A stretch of 64,000 bases of DNA from an uncultured Bacteroidota bacterium (lineage in GTDB: Bacteria > CLD3 > SB21 > JBBIRG01), in assembly GCA_964609675.1 (NCBI GenBank), contig CAZSRX010000016.1:1659-65658 (forward strand), in the 5' to 3' direction. Below are positions 11,920 through 20,322 of this stretch, one piece after another (position 1 is the first letter of the stretch; the number at the start of each line of letters is the position of its first letter). Position numbers and translations under genes: made by a program. The notes under the pieces are model-generated. The model was not told the DNA's origin, ran no database searches, and saw nothing but the letters and a program-made list of their open reading frames with translations.

Positions 11920-13311
11920 ATGAATTTGAAATCAATTTTTTTAGAAGTTCTCAATGCGGACCGGATACGGGATGACGCGGAAACGCTTGCCGAATACGGC
12001 AAGGATCGGACAAAAGACTACGCACCCGATGCCGGATTAGTGGTATTTCCGAAAACGCCGCAGGAAGTGCAGGATATCGTCCGAATTGCCTATGAAAGAA
12101 ACATTCCGCTCGTGCCGTCGGGAGGCCGCACGGGGTATGCCGCCGGCGCCGTTGCCAGAAACAGGGAAGTCGTGATATCGCTGGAGAAAATGAATGCGAT
12201 CACCGCGATCGATGTCGAAGGCGGCGTCGTCCGTTGCGAGGCGGGCGTGATTCTGGAGAATCTGCAGAACGCCGTGGCCGAAGAAGGCATGTATCTGCCG
12301 CTGGATTTCGCGGCGCGCGGCAGTTGTCAGATCGGCGGATGCCTGTCCACCAACGCCGGCGGGCTGAAGGTCCTGAAATACGGCATGACCCGCGATTTAG
12401 TCCTCGGATTGGAGGCCGTGATTGCTAACGGGGAATGGCTGACGCTGAACGAAGGGTTATATAAAAACAACGCCGGCTATGATCTCAAACAGTTATTCAT
12501 TGGCGCGGAGGGCACGCTTGGCATCATTACCCAGGTTGCGCTTAAAATAGTGCCGCCGCCGAAACGCCTGCAGGCCGCTCTGCTGGCCGTCACTAACTTT
12601 GTGGCTATCCTGGCCATCCTGAAAGCGGCCAAACTCAGAGCGCTGGACATCACCGCGTTTGAATTTTTCACGGAAGCCGGGCTGAAAGCGGTTCTGGAGC
12701 ATATCCCGGATGCGCGCAATCCGTTTGATGGTTTTTATCCTTTTTATGTCCTGCTTGAAATCGACGCGGGAACCGACGGCGATGCACTTTCCGGATTTCT
12801 GGAAGCTCTCGCGGAAAAAGAAATGGTTGCCGACGGGACTATCGCTTCCGGATCCGCACAATTCAAAGCCCTGTGGGGACTGCGGGAAAATATTTCCGAA
12901 AGCATCAGCCGGCTCGGCCATTTTCATAAAAACGATATTTCGGTTCCCGTCTCTTCGCTGAGCCGGTTTATTCCGGAGTTTGAGGAACTCATACGGACAA
13001 GCTACCGCGGTTTTGAGGTGCTGTTTTTCGGCCATATCGGCGACGGCAATATTCATGTAAACGTGATTGACCGCACGCGGCGTCCGCCCGAAGAATTTTT
13101 GTCCCTGGCCGCGGAACTGGATAAACAAATGGCTGAGAAAGTGTGCGCCTACGGCGGTAGTATCAGCGCCGAGCACGGGATCGGCCTTCTCAAGAAAAAC
13201 CTGCTCCCGTACCAGCGCAATGCGCTTCAACTGGAACTGATGCGCTCCGTGAAACGTATTTTTGATCCGAAAAACCTATTTAATCCGGGAAAAATCATCG
13301 ACATGAAATAA
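11920..13311 (+). CDS. FAD-linked oxidase (GlcD/D-lactate dehydrogenase family)
   Basis: FAD-binding PCMH domain (VVFPKTPQEVQDIVRIAYERNIPLVPSGGRTGYAGGA-like) and a C-terminal FAD-oxidase domain with GHIGDGNIH. Confidence 0.8.
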   Translation: MNLKSIFLEVLNADRIRDDAETLAEYGKDRTKDYAPDAGLVVFPKTPQEVQDIVRIAYERNIPLVPSGGRTGYAAGAVARNREVVISLEKMNAITAIDVEGGVVRCEAGVILENLQNAVAEEGMYLPLDFAARGSCQIGGCLSTNAGGLKVLKYGMTRDLVLGLEAVIANGEWLTLNEGLYKNNAGYDLKQLFIGAEGTLGIITQVALKIVPPPKRLQAALLAVTNFVAILAILKAAKLRALDITAFEFFTEAGLKAVLEHIPDARNPFDGFYPFYVLLEIDAGTDGDALSGFLEALAEKEMVADGTIASGSAQFKALWGLRENISESISRLGHFHKNDISVPVSSLSRFIPEFEELIRTSYRGFEVLFFGHIGDGNIHVNVIDRTRRPPEEFLSLAAELDKQMAEKVCAYGGSISAEHGIGLLKKNLLPYQRNALQLELMRSVKRIFDPKNLFNPGKIIDMK

Positions 13312-13317
13312 AAAAAT

Positions 13318-13372
13318 CCCGCGACGGATACGCATCGGTTTTTTCGCATCCGTTGCGGGATTTGCAAGGCCG
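13318..13372. terminator. Imperfect hairpin between convergent genes; candidate bidirectional terminator
   Basis: AAATCCCGCGACGGATACGC ... GCATCCGTTGCGGGATTT arms of about 16 bp with one mismatch, and a T-tract in the loop region. Confidence 0.35.
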
Positions 13373-13376
13373 CGGC

Positions 13377-13733
13377 TTACGGCTGTTCCGGCGGATTTTT
13401 CTTTACGTGCGCTTTCTCAAGGCCGAACGACAGGATGAGCGCAAGACCGCTGAACAGGAAAATCAGGGCTAGCGTCATTTCTTCGCTGACATAGTACGGG
13501 AACAGACTGCGGATGAACAAGGCCAGACCGATGCCGATCAGAACAAGCCCCCACTTGATGGAGCTTAACGCCAGGTCCGCCACGGGCTTGATATATAAAT
13601 ATTTTATCCGTTCGTCCACCATGTTTTGAGCGATCAGTTTGCGCCGGAGATTGTTATCTGAAATAATCTTGACAATTAAAACTACCAGGGCAAAAAAACC
13701 CAGCGGTACCAGAATTTCAACGACATGGGCCAT
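13377..13733 (-). CDS. Small integral membrane protein (3 TM), hypothetical
   Basis: 118-aa ORF with an ATG start and three hydrophobic helices. No identifiable motif. Confidence 0.45.
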   Translation of the reverse strand: MAHVVEILVPLGFFALVVLIVKIISDNNLRRKLIAQNMVDERIKYLYIKPVADLALSSIKWGLVLIGIGLALFIRSLFPYYVSEEMTLALIFLFSGLALILSFGLEKAHVKKNPPEQP

Positions 13734-13875
13734 AAAATACTCCTTATTTAAAATGATATGATTTTGTCATACTTACTGCAATCTGACCGCTGAATCGGAA
13801 AAAAGTTGCATTTATTGCTGTTTGCAACTTATATTAAAATCGTCGGTCTGATATACCAGTTGCCAGTAATGCAAG

Positions 13876-14493
13876 GTGGATATGACGGATTACCGACCGG
13901 TTATAGAAGCGGTTTTAAAAGGAAACCTTGATGATTTTAAAATCATCATCGATGCGCATCAGGCGCTGGTCACACAGATTGTTTTCCGGATGATTCAGAA
14001 TCCCGCGGACCGCGAAGAACTCGGACAGGAAATATTTGTTAAGATTTATAAAAATTTATCCGGGTTTCAGTTTAATGCTAAACTCTCCACCTGGATTGCG
14101 CGGATTGCCTATAACAACTGCGTCAATTATCTGAAAAAAAAGAAAGCAATGCTCTATACCGATTTTAAAATAGCCGATGCCGACCCGGAAGATGACGAGG
14201 CGTCCTTTTTTGAGGAATCCATCAGCGCGGATTACTGGAGTACGACCGAGTCACCGGATCAACCGTTAATCAGACGGGAGACTTCGGAGGCGCTTTCCCG
14301 TTCCATGGAATCCCTGCCGGCAGTGTACCGTACCATTGTTACGCTCTATCATGTTCAGGAAATGAGTTATCAGGAAATCAGCGGCATCACGAACCTGCCG
14401 GAAGGCACAGTGAAAAGTTATCTGTTTCGCGCGCGCCGAATGTTAAAAGAAAAATTATTATCCCAGTATCACCATGAGGATTTGAGCGTATGA
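13876..14493 (+). CDS. ECF-subfamily RNA polymerase sigma-70 factor
   Basis: Region 2 (QEIFVKIYKNL...WIARIAYNNCVNYLKKKK) and region 4 helix-turn-helix (YQEISGITNLPEGTVKSYLFRARRMLKE). GTG at 13876 and ATG at 13882. Confidence 0.85.
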   Translation: MDMTDYRPVIEAVLKGNLDDFKIIIDAHQALVTQIVFRMIQNPADREELGQEIFVKIYKNLSGFQFNAKLSTWIARIAYNNCVNYLKKKKAMLYTDFKIADADPEDDEASFFEESISADYWSTTESPDQPLIRRETSEALSRSMESLPAVYRTIVTLYHVQEMSYQEISGITNLPEGTVKSYLFRARRMLKEKLLSQYHHEDLSV

Positions 14494-14981
14494 ATCATTT
14501 AACTGACCGGGAAATACAGGATAGCCTGAGTGCGGATCCCCAGTCTATTAAGGAACCTGCACGCGCGCACCTGTTGACCTGCGAACTTTGCCGCGAACGG
14601 CTGGCATGGTACCGCGGACTAGCCCTCAGACTGAAAGAACCGCCGGCCGTTCAGTTTTCGCCCGCGTTTGCGGAGAACGTCCTCCGGACGATTCAGACGC
14701 AGAATGAAAGCCGGCTATTCTGGTTTGAACAGGCGCTGACGGGGGGGTGTATCATTCTTGGGATCATTCTCGCATCCGTTTACATCGACTGGTCGTTTGT
14801 TAAAACATGGATAAATCAAGCGGCCGCGCTGGTGGCGCTCATCCCGTCACCGATTGCCGGGAGCGGATACAGCAAACTAGGGGTTTATCTGATATTTATC
14901 GCGGTTTTGCTGTGTGTTTTTAAAATTGCCGACCGCATTTGGACCCGACAGCGCGTCAGTTATCATAAACCAATTTATTAA
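14490..14981 (+). CDS. Putative anti-sigma factor (zinc-finger anti-sigma domain plus TM helices)
   Basis: Start overlaps the sigma-factor stop (ATGA). N-terminal HLLTCELCRERL resembles the ZAS/anti-sigma zinc motif, followed by two TM helices. Confidence 0.55.
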   Translation: MNHLTDREIQDSLSADPQSIKEPARAHLLTCELCRERLAWYRGLALRLKEPPAVQFSPAFAENVLRTIQTQNESRLFWFEQALTGGCIILGIILASVYIDWSFVKTWINQAAALVALIPSPIAGSGYSKLGVYLIFIAVLLCVFKIADRIWTRQRVSYHKPIY

Positions 14982-14984
14982 GCG

Positions 14985-15668
14985 ATGACCTGCGAAGAAA
15001 TATTAAAGAAACTGGAATCGTCCGGCACCGAAAAAAACCGGCAGAAACTGCAGACTTTAGGCGCAGGCAATAGCGTCTTCGGTGTCAGCGAATCCAACCT
15101 GAAAAAATTGGCCGAGAAAACAGGCCCCAATCATGAACTTGGCCTTCAGCTGTGGGATAGCGGCTTCATCGAAGCGCAACGGTTGGCGACCATGATCATC
15201 GAGCCTGCCCGCCTGACTCCGGACGACATGGATCGAATGGTAGCGACGATAACGTATTATGAGGTTGCCGATGCGTTTGTAAAAAATGTAGTCGTTCAAA
15301 CGCCGCATATCCTTCCGAAAATGAAATTATGGATTCAATCTGAAAAGGAATACATCAAGCGCTGCGGTTATACTCTGCTGGCGCTTCTGGCCGAAGCGGT
15401 GCCATCGCCGATTACCAACGAGGAGTGGCTGGAATATATTTATACCATCGAAAAAGAAATTTCCACTTCGCCTAACCGGTCCCGCGAGGCGATGAACGCC
15501 GCCCTGATAGCCATCGGCAAACGCAACAAGTTGTTGAACATGGAGGCGCTGATCATCGGTATGCGGATGGGACGAATAATCATCGAACACGGCGGCAAGG
15601 AAGTCCGGACGCCCTATGCGATGGATATACTCGGCGAGAAAAAGCTAAAACAGTCGTTTTTAGAATAA
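14985..15668 (+). CDS. DNA alkylation repair protein (AlkC/AlkD-like HEAT-repeat glycosylase family)
   Basis: The size and N-terminal region (EEILKKLESSGTEKNRQKLQTLGAGNSVFGVSESNLKKLAEK) match the DNA_alkylation family. Confidence 0.65.
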   Translation: MTCEEILKKLESSGTEKNRQKLQTLGAGNSVFGVSESNLKKLAEKTGPNHELGLQLWDSGFIEAQRLATMIIEPARLTPDDMDRMVATITYYEVADAFVKNVVVQTPHILPKMKLWIQSEKEYIKRCGYTLLALLAEAVPSPITNEEWLEYIYTIEKEISTSPNRSREAMNAALIAIGKRNKLLNMEALIIGMRMGRIIIEHGGKEVRTPYAMDILGEKKLKQSFLE

Positions 15669-15922
15669 CCGAAAGTCACCGGTATTATCCCTCCTCCGGT
15701 GCCGGTAATCAAAACAGCAACATTTCTTTTTTAAGCGAAAAATATTTTCATCAAACAATTGATTAACAGCGGGTACCTGCCGACACGGCATCGATGCGTG
15801 TCGGCGCCAATTACTTACTCCAATAACATGCCATTGATCGGTCGTCAAGGCGGCGGCGTGTCTTGACATTTAAAAAAAATCAATTATTTTAAAAAAGAAA
15901 AAAGGGAGTGCGATTTTTTTAC

Positions 15923-17017
15923 ATGTCCTCGGCCGTTCGTAAATATTTTTGGATTTTCAATGTGGCGGCATGGACCGTGCTGGCGTTGTTTATGAGCCGC
16001 CAGTTGTATGACGCCTACCGACTGAGCGACCACCCCATCAACGGGTTTACCGCATTTATCATGGAGATGGCGTACTGCCTGCAGTGGATGCTTCTGGCTC
16101 CGCTGGTGCTGCGTCTGGCCATGCGGTTCCGTTTTGACAGCCGATCGTGGTATATCAGCGCGCCGGTGCACATTGTTTCCGGAATGATGCTGTCTTCGCT
16201 GACCATGATTGTCAGGACGATCCTGCAGTGGATTATCATCCGGCAAATGGCTGCGCCGTTTTCCTGGGAACGCGTTCTGCATTCGGCGTTTGAAGCGTAT
16301 GATTACGGCATCATGAGTTATCTGCTGTTGCTGCTGATTAGTTATGTATTTGAATATTACGGGCGTTTTCAGGAACGGGAACATGCCGCCGCCCGTTTAG
16401 AGACTCAGCTGGTGCAGGCGCAGCTCCAGGCGCTCCGGATGCAACTTCATCCCCATTTTTTATTTAACACCCTGCACGCCATTGCGGTACTGATCCGCAA
16501 GAACGACCATCAGACCGCCGTGGCCATGCTCACCGGGCTGAGCGATTTGTTGCGTCTGACGCTGAACGGCGCGCCATCGCAGGAAGTATCCCTAAAGCAG
16601 GAGCTGGAAATATTAGACATCTATTTAAAGATTCAAAAAATGCGTTTTCAGGACCGGCTCAGCGTTTCGATGGATATTTCGCCCGATGTTCTTGAGGCGC
16701 AGGTACCGCATCTGGTACTCCAGCCGCTGGTGGAAAACGCAATCCAGCACGGCATAGCGGCGCTTGCAAAGGCCGGTCACCTCAGCGTGCAGGCAAGACG
16801 CGAAAACGGATGGCTATGTGTCCGCGTTCAGGACGACGGCCCGGGCTTTACACAGCCTATCGAAGAACTGCAGAACGAAGGCATCGGTTTGTCCAATACG
16901 CGGGCCCGATTGCAAAAAATGTACGGCGCGTCCTGCTGTCTGGATCTGGCCAATCATCCCGAAGGCGGCGCAGTCGTCTCGCTGAAGATACCGTATCAAA
17001 CCATTCCACAGACATGA
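15923..17017 (+). CDS. LytS/YehU-type sensor histidine kinase (membrane-bound)
   Basis: N-terminal TM helices. His_kinase H-box LHPHFLFNTLHAI. HATPase_c motifs (VENAIQHG, DDGPGF, GIGLSN). The ORF track starts at GTG 15908; the ATG is at 15923. Confidence 0.8.
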   Translation: MSSAVRKYFWIFNVAAWTVLALFMSRQLYDAYRLSDHPINGFTAFIMEMAYCLQWMLLAPLVLRLAMRFRFDSRSWYISAPVHIVSGMMLSSLTMIVRTILQWIIIRQMAAPFSWERVLHSAFEAYDYGIMSYLLLLLISYVFEYYGRFQEREHAAARLETQLVQAQLQALRMQLHPHFLFNTLHAIAVLIRKNDHQTAVAMLTGLSDLLRLTLNGAPSQEVSLKQELEILDIYLKIQKMRFQDRLSVSMDISPDVLEAQVPHLVLQPLVENAIQHGIAALAKAGHLSVQARRENGWLCVRVQDDGPGFTQPIEELQNEGIGLSNTRARLQKMYGASCCLDLANHPEGGAVVSLKIPYQTIPQT

Positions 17018-17814
17018 ACCCTATTCGCACGTTAATTGTGGACGATGAACCGCTGGCGCGCGAAGGCATCCGCCTGCTGATTGAGAACAAACCGGCGTTT
17101 CAGGTCATCGGCGAATGCGGCAGCGGCGCCGAGGCCTTGGAATTTCTGAACCAGCAGCCTGCGGATCTCCTGTTCATCGACGTCCAGATGCCTGAAATGA
17201 ACGGCATCGAAGCGGCAGCAGCTATCCGGCAGGAACCCATGCCCATCGTCGTTTTTGTAACCGCTTACGATCAATATGCGCTGGAGGCTTTCCGCGTACA
17301 CGCTTTGGATTATCTACTTAAACCGTTTAACGATGCGCAATTTTATTCGGTTCTGGATCGTATCCGGGCTCTCGTGGAACAGCGGCAATTCAAAGACCTG
17401 AGCGACCGGTTGATTCAAATGCTCTCGCAGTATCATCAGGCGCGTAATGCTTTTCAACCAATATCACCGGCGACGGATTACATCACCAGGATTCCGGTTA
17501 CCGCCGATGGTAAAATCGTTTTTATACGAACCAGCGATATTGAATGGATCGAGGCCGCGGATTATTATGTCGAAATTCATACCCGATCCGGAATGTTTCT
17601 GCACCGTGAAACGATGAACCGGCTGGAGTCCCAACTGGATCCGAAAAAATTTTTCCGCATCCACCGTTCGACGATTGTGCCTTTAGGATCTATCCAGGCT
17701 CTGGAACCTTATTTTAACGGCGAATATTATGTCGTGCTAGAAAACGGCCGAAAATTCAAACTCAGTAAAAATAGGGCCGATGAGCTGAAAAGACAATTGC
17801 AAATCACAGCCTGA
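17014..17814 (+). CDS. LytR/AlgR-family response regulator (REC plus LytTR DNA-binding domain)
   Basis: Receiver domain MNPIRTLIVDDEPLAREGIRLLIE with a conserved Asp (FIDVQMP). C-terminal LytTR domain. The ATG overlaps the kinase stop (ATGA). Confidence 0.85.
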   Translation: MNPIRTLIVDDEPLAREGIRLLIENKPAFQVIGECGSGAEALEFLNQQPADLLFIDVQMPEMNGIEAAAAIRQEPMPIVVFVTAYDQYALEAFRVHALDYLLKPFNDAQFYSVLDRIRALVEQRQFKDLSDRLIQMLSQYHQARNAFQPISPATDYITRIPVTADGKIVFIRTSDIEWIEAADYYVEIHTRSGMFLHRETMNRLESQLDPKKFFRIHRSTIVPLGSIQALEPYFNGEYYVVLENGRKFKLSKNRADELKRQLQITA

Positions 17815-17934
17815 CTTTATTTCACCGACTTAATCCATATATTCTCTGCAAAAATCACTGCTTTGACTGCAGCATGGTTTCTTGGTGGTACTTTTTGTCT
17901 TATTTTGACTTGAGTACCAAATTAAGGAGATAAC

Positions 17935-18393
17935 ATGCATTATGTATTGATTTTCTTAAACATTGTTTTAGTGTTTGGCTGTGCCCGTACGGAGGATGTT
18001 GAAAAAACCAGGCACGAACTGATGAACTTGGAGAGGACATTCAGCGCAACCTCTGTCGAAAAGGGATTTTACGAGGCGCTGAGACTGTATAAAGCCGATG
18101 AAACAATGTTTTTAAAAGACCGGCCGGTAACCGATATCAGCGAGATTAATCAGATGCTGTCCAGAACTTTTTCCGGAACCGTGACCTGGGAGCCGCTATT
18201 CTGTGATGTATCGGCATCCGGCGATATGGGATATACTTACGGGCCTGCAACATTCGAGGTGAAAGATTCTACCGGCAACCGTAAAGTTTTGACGAGTTAT
18301 TACTTGACTATATGGAAAAAACAGCCGGACGGCCAGTGGAAATATGTCATGGATACCGGCACACAGCCTAAGCCGTCTGAATCAAATAAGTAG
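17935..18393 (+). CDS. Small secreted lipoprotein of the SnoaL/NTF2-like (DUF4440-like) fold
   Basis: Signal peptide with a lipobox (LVFGC). About 130-aa beta-rich domain with a WKKQPDGQWKY motif typical of NTF2-like proteins. Confidence 0.45.
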   Translation: MHYVLIFLNIVLVFGCARTEDVEKTRHELMNLERTFSATSVEKGFYEALRLYKADETMFLKDRPVTDISEINQMLSRTFSGTVTWEPLFCDVSASGDMGYTYGPATFEVKDSTGNRKVLTSYYLTIWKKQPDGQWKYVMDTGTQPKPSESNK

Positions 18394-18427
18394 TCATTTT
18401 GTTTTATAAATTGAAGGAGTCATAACC

Positions 18428-20200
18428 ATGTTAAGACAATCGCTGATGATCACCTGGCTGATGGCCGTAATCGGAACATGGGATGTTAATGCGGACATCC
18501 TGCGGGTTCCGGCGGATTACGCAACGATTCAGGCGGCAATCCAAGCCGCCGTCAATGGTGATACGGTGCTGGTAGCGCCGGGCACGTATTATGAAAATAT
18601 CAATTACCGGGGAAAAGGCATTACGGTTGCCAGTCATTTTATCCTTGATAATAATGTCAGTCATATCGAAGCGACGATTATCGACGGCAGTCAGCCGGCG
18701 CATCCGGATACGGGCAGTTGTGTACTTATAACCAGTCCTACATCGGCGACGGCCGGCGATACCAGCGCCGCGCTCATCGGGTTTACGATACGCAACGGCA
18801 GCGGCACCCGCTGGCGGGATGAGCACGGAGCGGGTTATTACCGTGAAGGCGGCGGGATACTGGTCGAGTATCTGTCTCCGAGAATCATGTATAATCTGAT
18901 AATGAATAATACGGCCACGAACACAATTAACTGCACGAGCGCCGGCGGCGGCGGTATCCGATGCGGCGACGGCAGTCCGAGGATAACCAACAATGTTATT
19001 GTCCGCAACACAGCGCTGTACGGACCGGCTATCGTTATCAACTATTGCGGCGGAGTAATAAGAAATAATATCATCCATCGCAACACGGGCGGCAGCGCGT
19101 ATTACGGAGGTTCCGCGGTCTGGGCCAACAGTGACGGCCCTACAAGTAAAACCATTGAAAATAACATGATTATCGCGAATACTTCTACACTGACCAACGC
19201 GACCGGCGGCATCCTTATGTGGGGCACAAGTTGTACGCTCAGAAACAATATATTGTGGAGTAACGTTCCCAATCAGGTCAAGACACAATCCGGCGGCAGT
19301 TTCAGCGCATCTTATAACACGATTCAGGGTGGTTATTCAGGCGCCGGAAACCTATCGCAGAATCCATGCTTCGCAGACAGCGGTTTTATTTTAGCAGACG
19401 GTTCGTCCTGTATTGATGCCGGAAATCCTGATTCCGTTTATTTCGATCCTGAAAATTCGTTAGCGCCGGGTTATGCGCTCTGGCCGTCAAAAGGGGGATT
19501 GCGTAACGATCAGGGAGCTTACGGCGGAAGCGGCAGAATCCTTTTGCCGCTCATCACAGGAGCCTGGTTTCAGTTGAATACATCCTTGCTGAATTTCGGA
19601 ACCGTCAATCTTAACGATTCCGTGACCGGAAAAATTGTTGTGGCGAATTATGGCATTAGTCCCTTGTTGATGGACAGCGTGGTGATTAAGAACGGAAGTC
19701 CCGGCGTGACGATTGCCAATCTACCGCCAAGCATACTGGCGCCTGTAAAGACGGATACTATCTTTGTCGGATGGAAGCCCCTCACCGCGGATGCGCTCAG
19801 TGACACGGTTCTTATTTACCATTCCGATACAACCACCGCATCGCCACGGATGGCCCGCATCACCGGAACGGTTGCCACGGTGGCGGTACCGGATGACCGG
19901 GAACGTCCTCAGGCATTTTATCTGGAGCCCAACTTTCCGAATCCTTTTAATCCTTCTACCGTGATCCGTTATCAGTTAGCCGAACGCAGTGCCGTTTCAT
20001 TAAAAATTTACAACCTGCTCGGGCAGGAAATTGTTTCTTTAGTAAAGGGCTACTATCCGGCGGGGCATTACCAAACCGTGTGGAACGGCAGGGATGATTC
20101 AGGAAAATCCGTGAGCGGAGGCGTGTATATCTACCGGCTTCAGGCCTTTGCAGACGGTCAAAGCCACGTGCAATCGAGAAAAATGATTTTAATTAAATGA
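18428..20200 (+). CDS. Secreted right-handed parallel beta-helix repeat protein with a T9SS C-terminal sorting domain
   Basis: Signal peptide. Repeated NN(I/V)I..NT motifs of parallel beta-helix repeats. The terminal ~80 aa (FPNPFNPSTVIRYQL...IYNLLGQEIVSL...WNGRDDSGKSVSGGVYIYRL) match the Por secretion tail (T9SS type-A CTD). Confidence 0.75.
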   Translation: MLRQSLMITWLMAVIGTWDVNADILRVPADYATIQAAIQAAVNGDTVLVAPGTYYENINYRGKGITVASHFILDNNVSHIEATIIDGSQPAHPDTGSCVLITSPTSATAGDTSAALIGFTIRNGSGTRWRDEHGAGYYREGGGILVEYLSPRIMYNLIMNNTATNTINCTSAGGGGIRCGDGSPRITNNVIVRNTALYGPAIVINYCGGVIRNNIIHRNTGGSAYYGGSAVWANSDGPTSKTIENNMIIANTSTLTNATGGILMWGTSCTLRNNILWSNVPNQVKTQSGGSFSASYNTIQGGYSGAGNLSQNPCFADSGFILADGSSCIDAGNPDSVYFDPENSLAPGYALWPSKGGLRNDQGAYGGSGRILLPLITGAWFQLNTSLLNFGTVNLNDSVTGKIVVANYGISPLLMDSVVIKNGSPGVTIANLPPSILAPVKTDTIFVGWKPLTADALSDTVLIYHSDTTTASPRMARITGTVATVAVPDDRERPQAFYLEPNFPNPFNPSTVIRYQLAERSAVSLKIYNLLGQEIVSLVKGYYPAGHYQTVWNGRDDSGKSVSGGVYIYRLQAFADGQSHVQSRKMILIK

Positions 20201-20238
20201 ATAGTTTCAAACCGATGGATTTTTATTGAAGAATGGTA

Positions 20239-20272
20239 CACGGGAATATTAAAAATATTCCCGTTTTTATTT
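20239..20272 (+). terminator. Rho-independent terminator after the beta-helix gene
   Basis: ACGGGAATATT-AAA-AATATTCCCGT hairpin followed by TTTTTATTT. Confidence 0.55.
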
Positions 20273-20322
20273 CGATAAAACCGGAAGGCGAATGGAGTTG
20301 GTCTTCCGATAGTGATTTTTGG

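Noticed and set aside
15776-15805. Hairpin GCCGACACGGCATCGATGCGTGTCGGC after the alkD-like gene considered as a terminator
   Set aside because: It is not followed by a T-tract. It may still be a stem-loop, but a terminator call is not supported.
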